Assembly: GCA_964605645.1 (NCBI GenBank) | Contig: CAZSDJ010000007.1 | Location: 1 to 24,000, forward strand | DNA from: an uncultured Planctomycetia bacterium | Lineage (GTDB): Bacteria > Omnitrophota > Gorgyraeia > Duberdicusellales > 4484-171 | Direction of reading: 5' to 3' | Length of the DNA stretch: 24,000 bases | In this document: positions 23,885-24,000 of the stretch, piece by piece | Layout: each line of letters begins with the position of its first letter | Position numbering within the stretch: the first letter of the stretch is position 1 | The notes under the pieces: generated by a model | Databases searched by the model: none | Told to the model about the DNA's origin: nothing | The model's input: only the letters and a program-made list of their open reading frames with translations | Program-made: the position numbers and the translations under genes

Positions 23885-24000
23885 ATGATTTTGTATAAAA
23901 GAAAAAAAGTTCAATCAGCAATAGAATATGCAGCTTTGATTGCTGTAGTAGCGGGTGCATTATTAGCATTTAGTGTTTATTTTAAAAGAGCTACTCAAGG
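23885..24000 (+). CDS. Truncated class-III-signal-peptide-like pilin (runs off window)
   Basis: My translation: MILYKRKKVQSAIEYAALIAVVAGALLAFSVYFKRATQ...; absent from the supplied ORF track. Confidence 0.85.
   Translation, partial: MILYKRKKVQSAIEYAALIAVVAGALLAFSVYFKRATQ

Noticed and set aside
1-24000. CRISPR arrays, tRNA or rRNA genes
   Set aside because: No regularly spaced direct repeats and no cloverleaf or rRNA-like segments were seen on reading; not exhaustively computed.

Overview
This window looks like a bacterial chromosome segment of fairly low GC. The gene styles and the Tad locus layout suggest a candidate phylum such as Omnitrophota, but that is inference only. It holds five blocks. 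(1) 61-3863: a CsgG/HfaB-like protein, a small lipoprotein, a PNPOx-fold protein and two tandem CNNM/CBS (CorC/HlyC-like) proteins, followed by a decayed C-terminal remnant of a third and an inverted repeat. (2) 4116-6480, minus strand: an M48 protease, two YbjQ-type proteins and an RNA-ligase-partner-type PIN protein. (3) 6608-13202: a Tad/Flp-type secretion operon with a PpiC-like lipoprotein, CpaB, a secretin carrying a C-terminal TonB_C-like domain, a single-ORF CpaE-CpaF fusion, and a second tandem CpaF. A 360-bp intergenic region with two structured elements follows, then a polytopic membrane/TPR protein. (4) 15511-18489, minus strand: a membrane protein, an AbiE-type (type IV) toxin-antitoxin pair and a RelE/ParE-type pair, both with recognisable TTGACA-17-TACAyT promoters. 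(5) 18559-24000: a REP-associated Y1 transposase (RAYT) carrying a perfect palindrome inside its reading frame, an unidentified 478-aa possibly transposase-like ORF bracketed by the same palindrome, then a cluster of class-III-signal-peptide-like pilins (QSxxEY) plus two TadE-like pseudopilins. The pilin cluster runs off the right edge and includes a truncated pilin ORF absent from the supplied track. The best candidates for something under-described are the divergent pilin array with its pseudoknot-capable leader, the REP-bracketed ORF, the secretin-TonB_C and CpaE-CpaF fusions, and the small structured RNA candidate at about 13438-13510.
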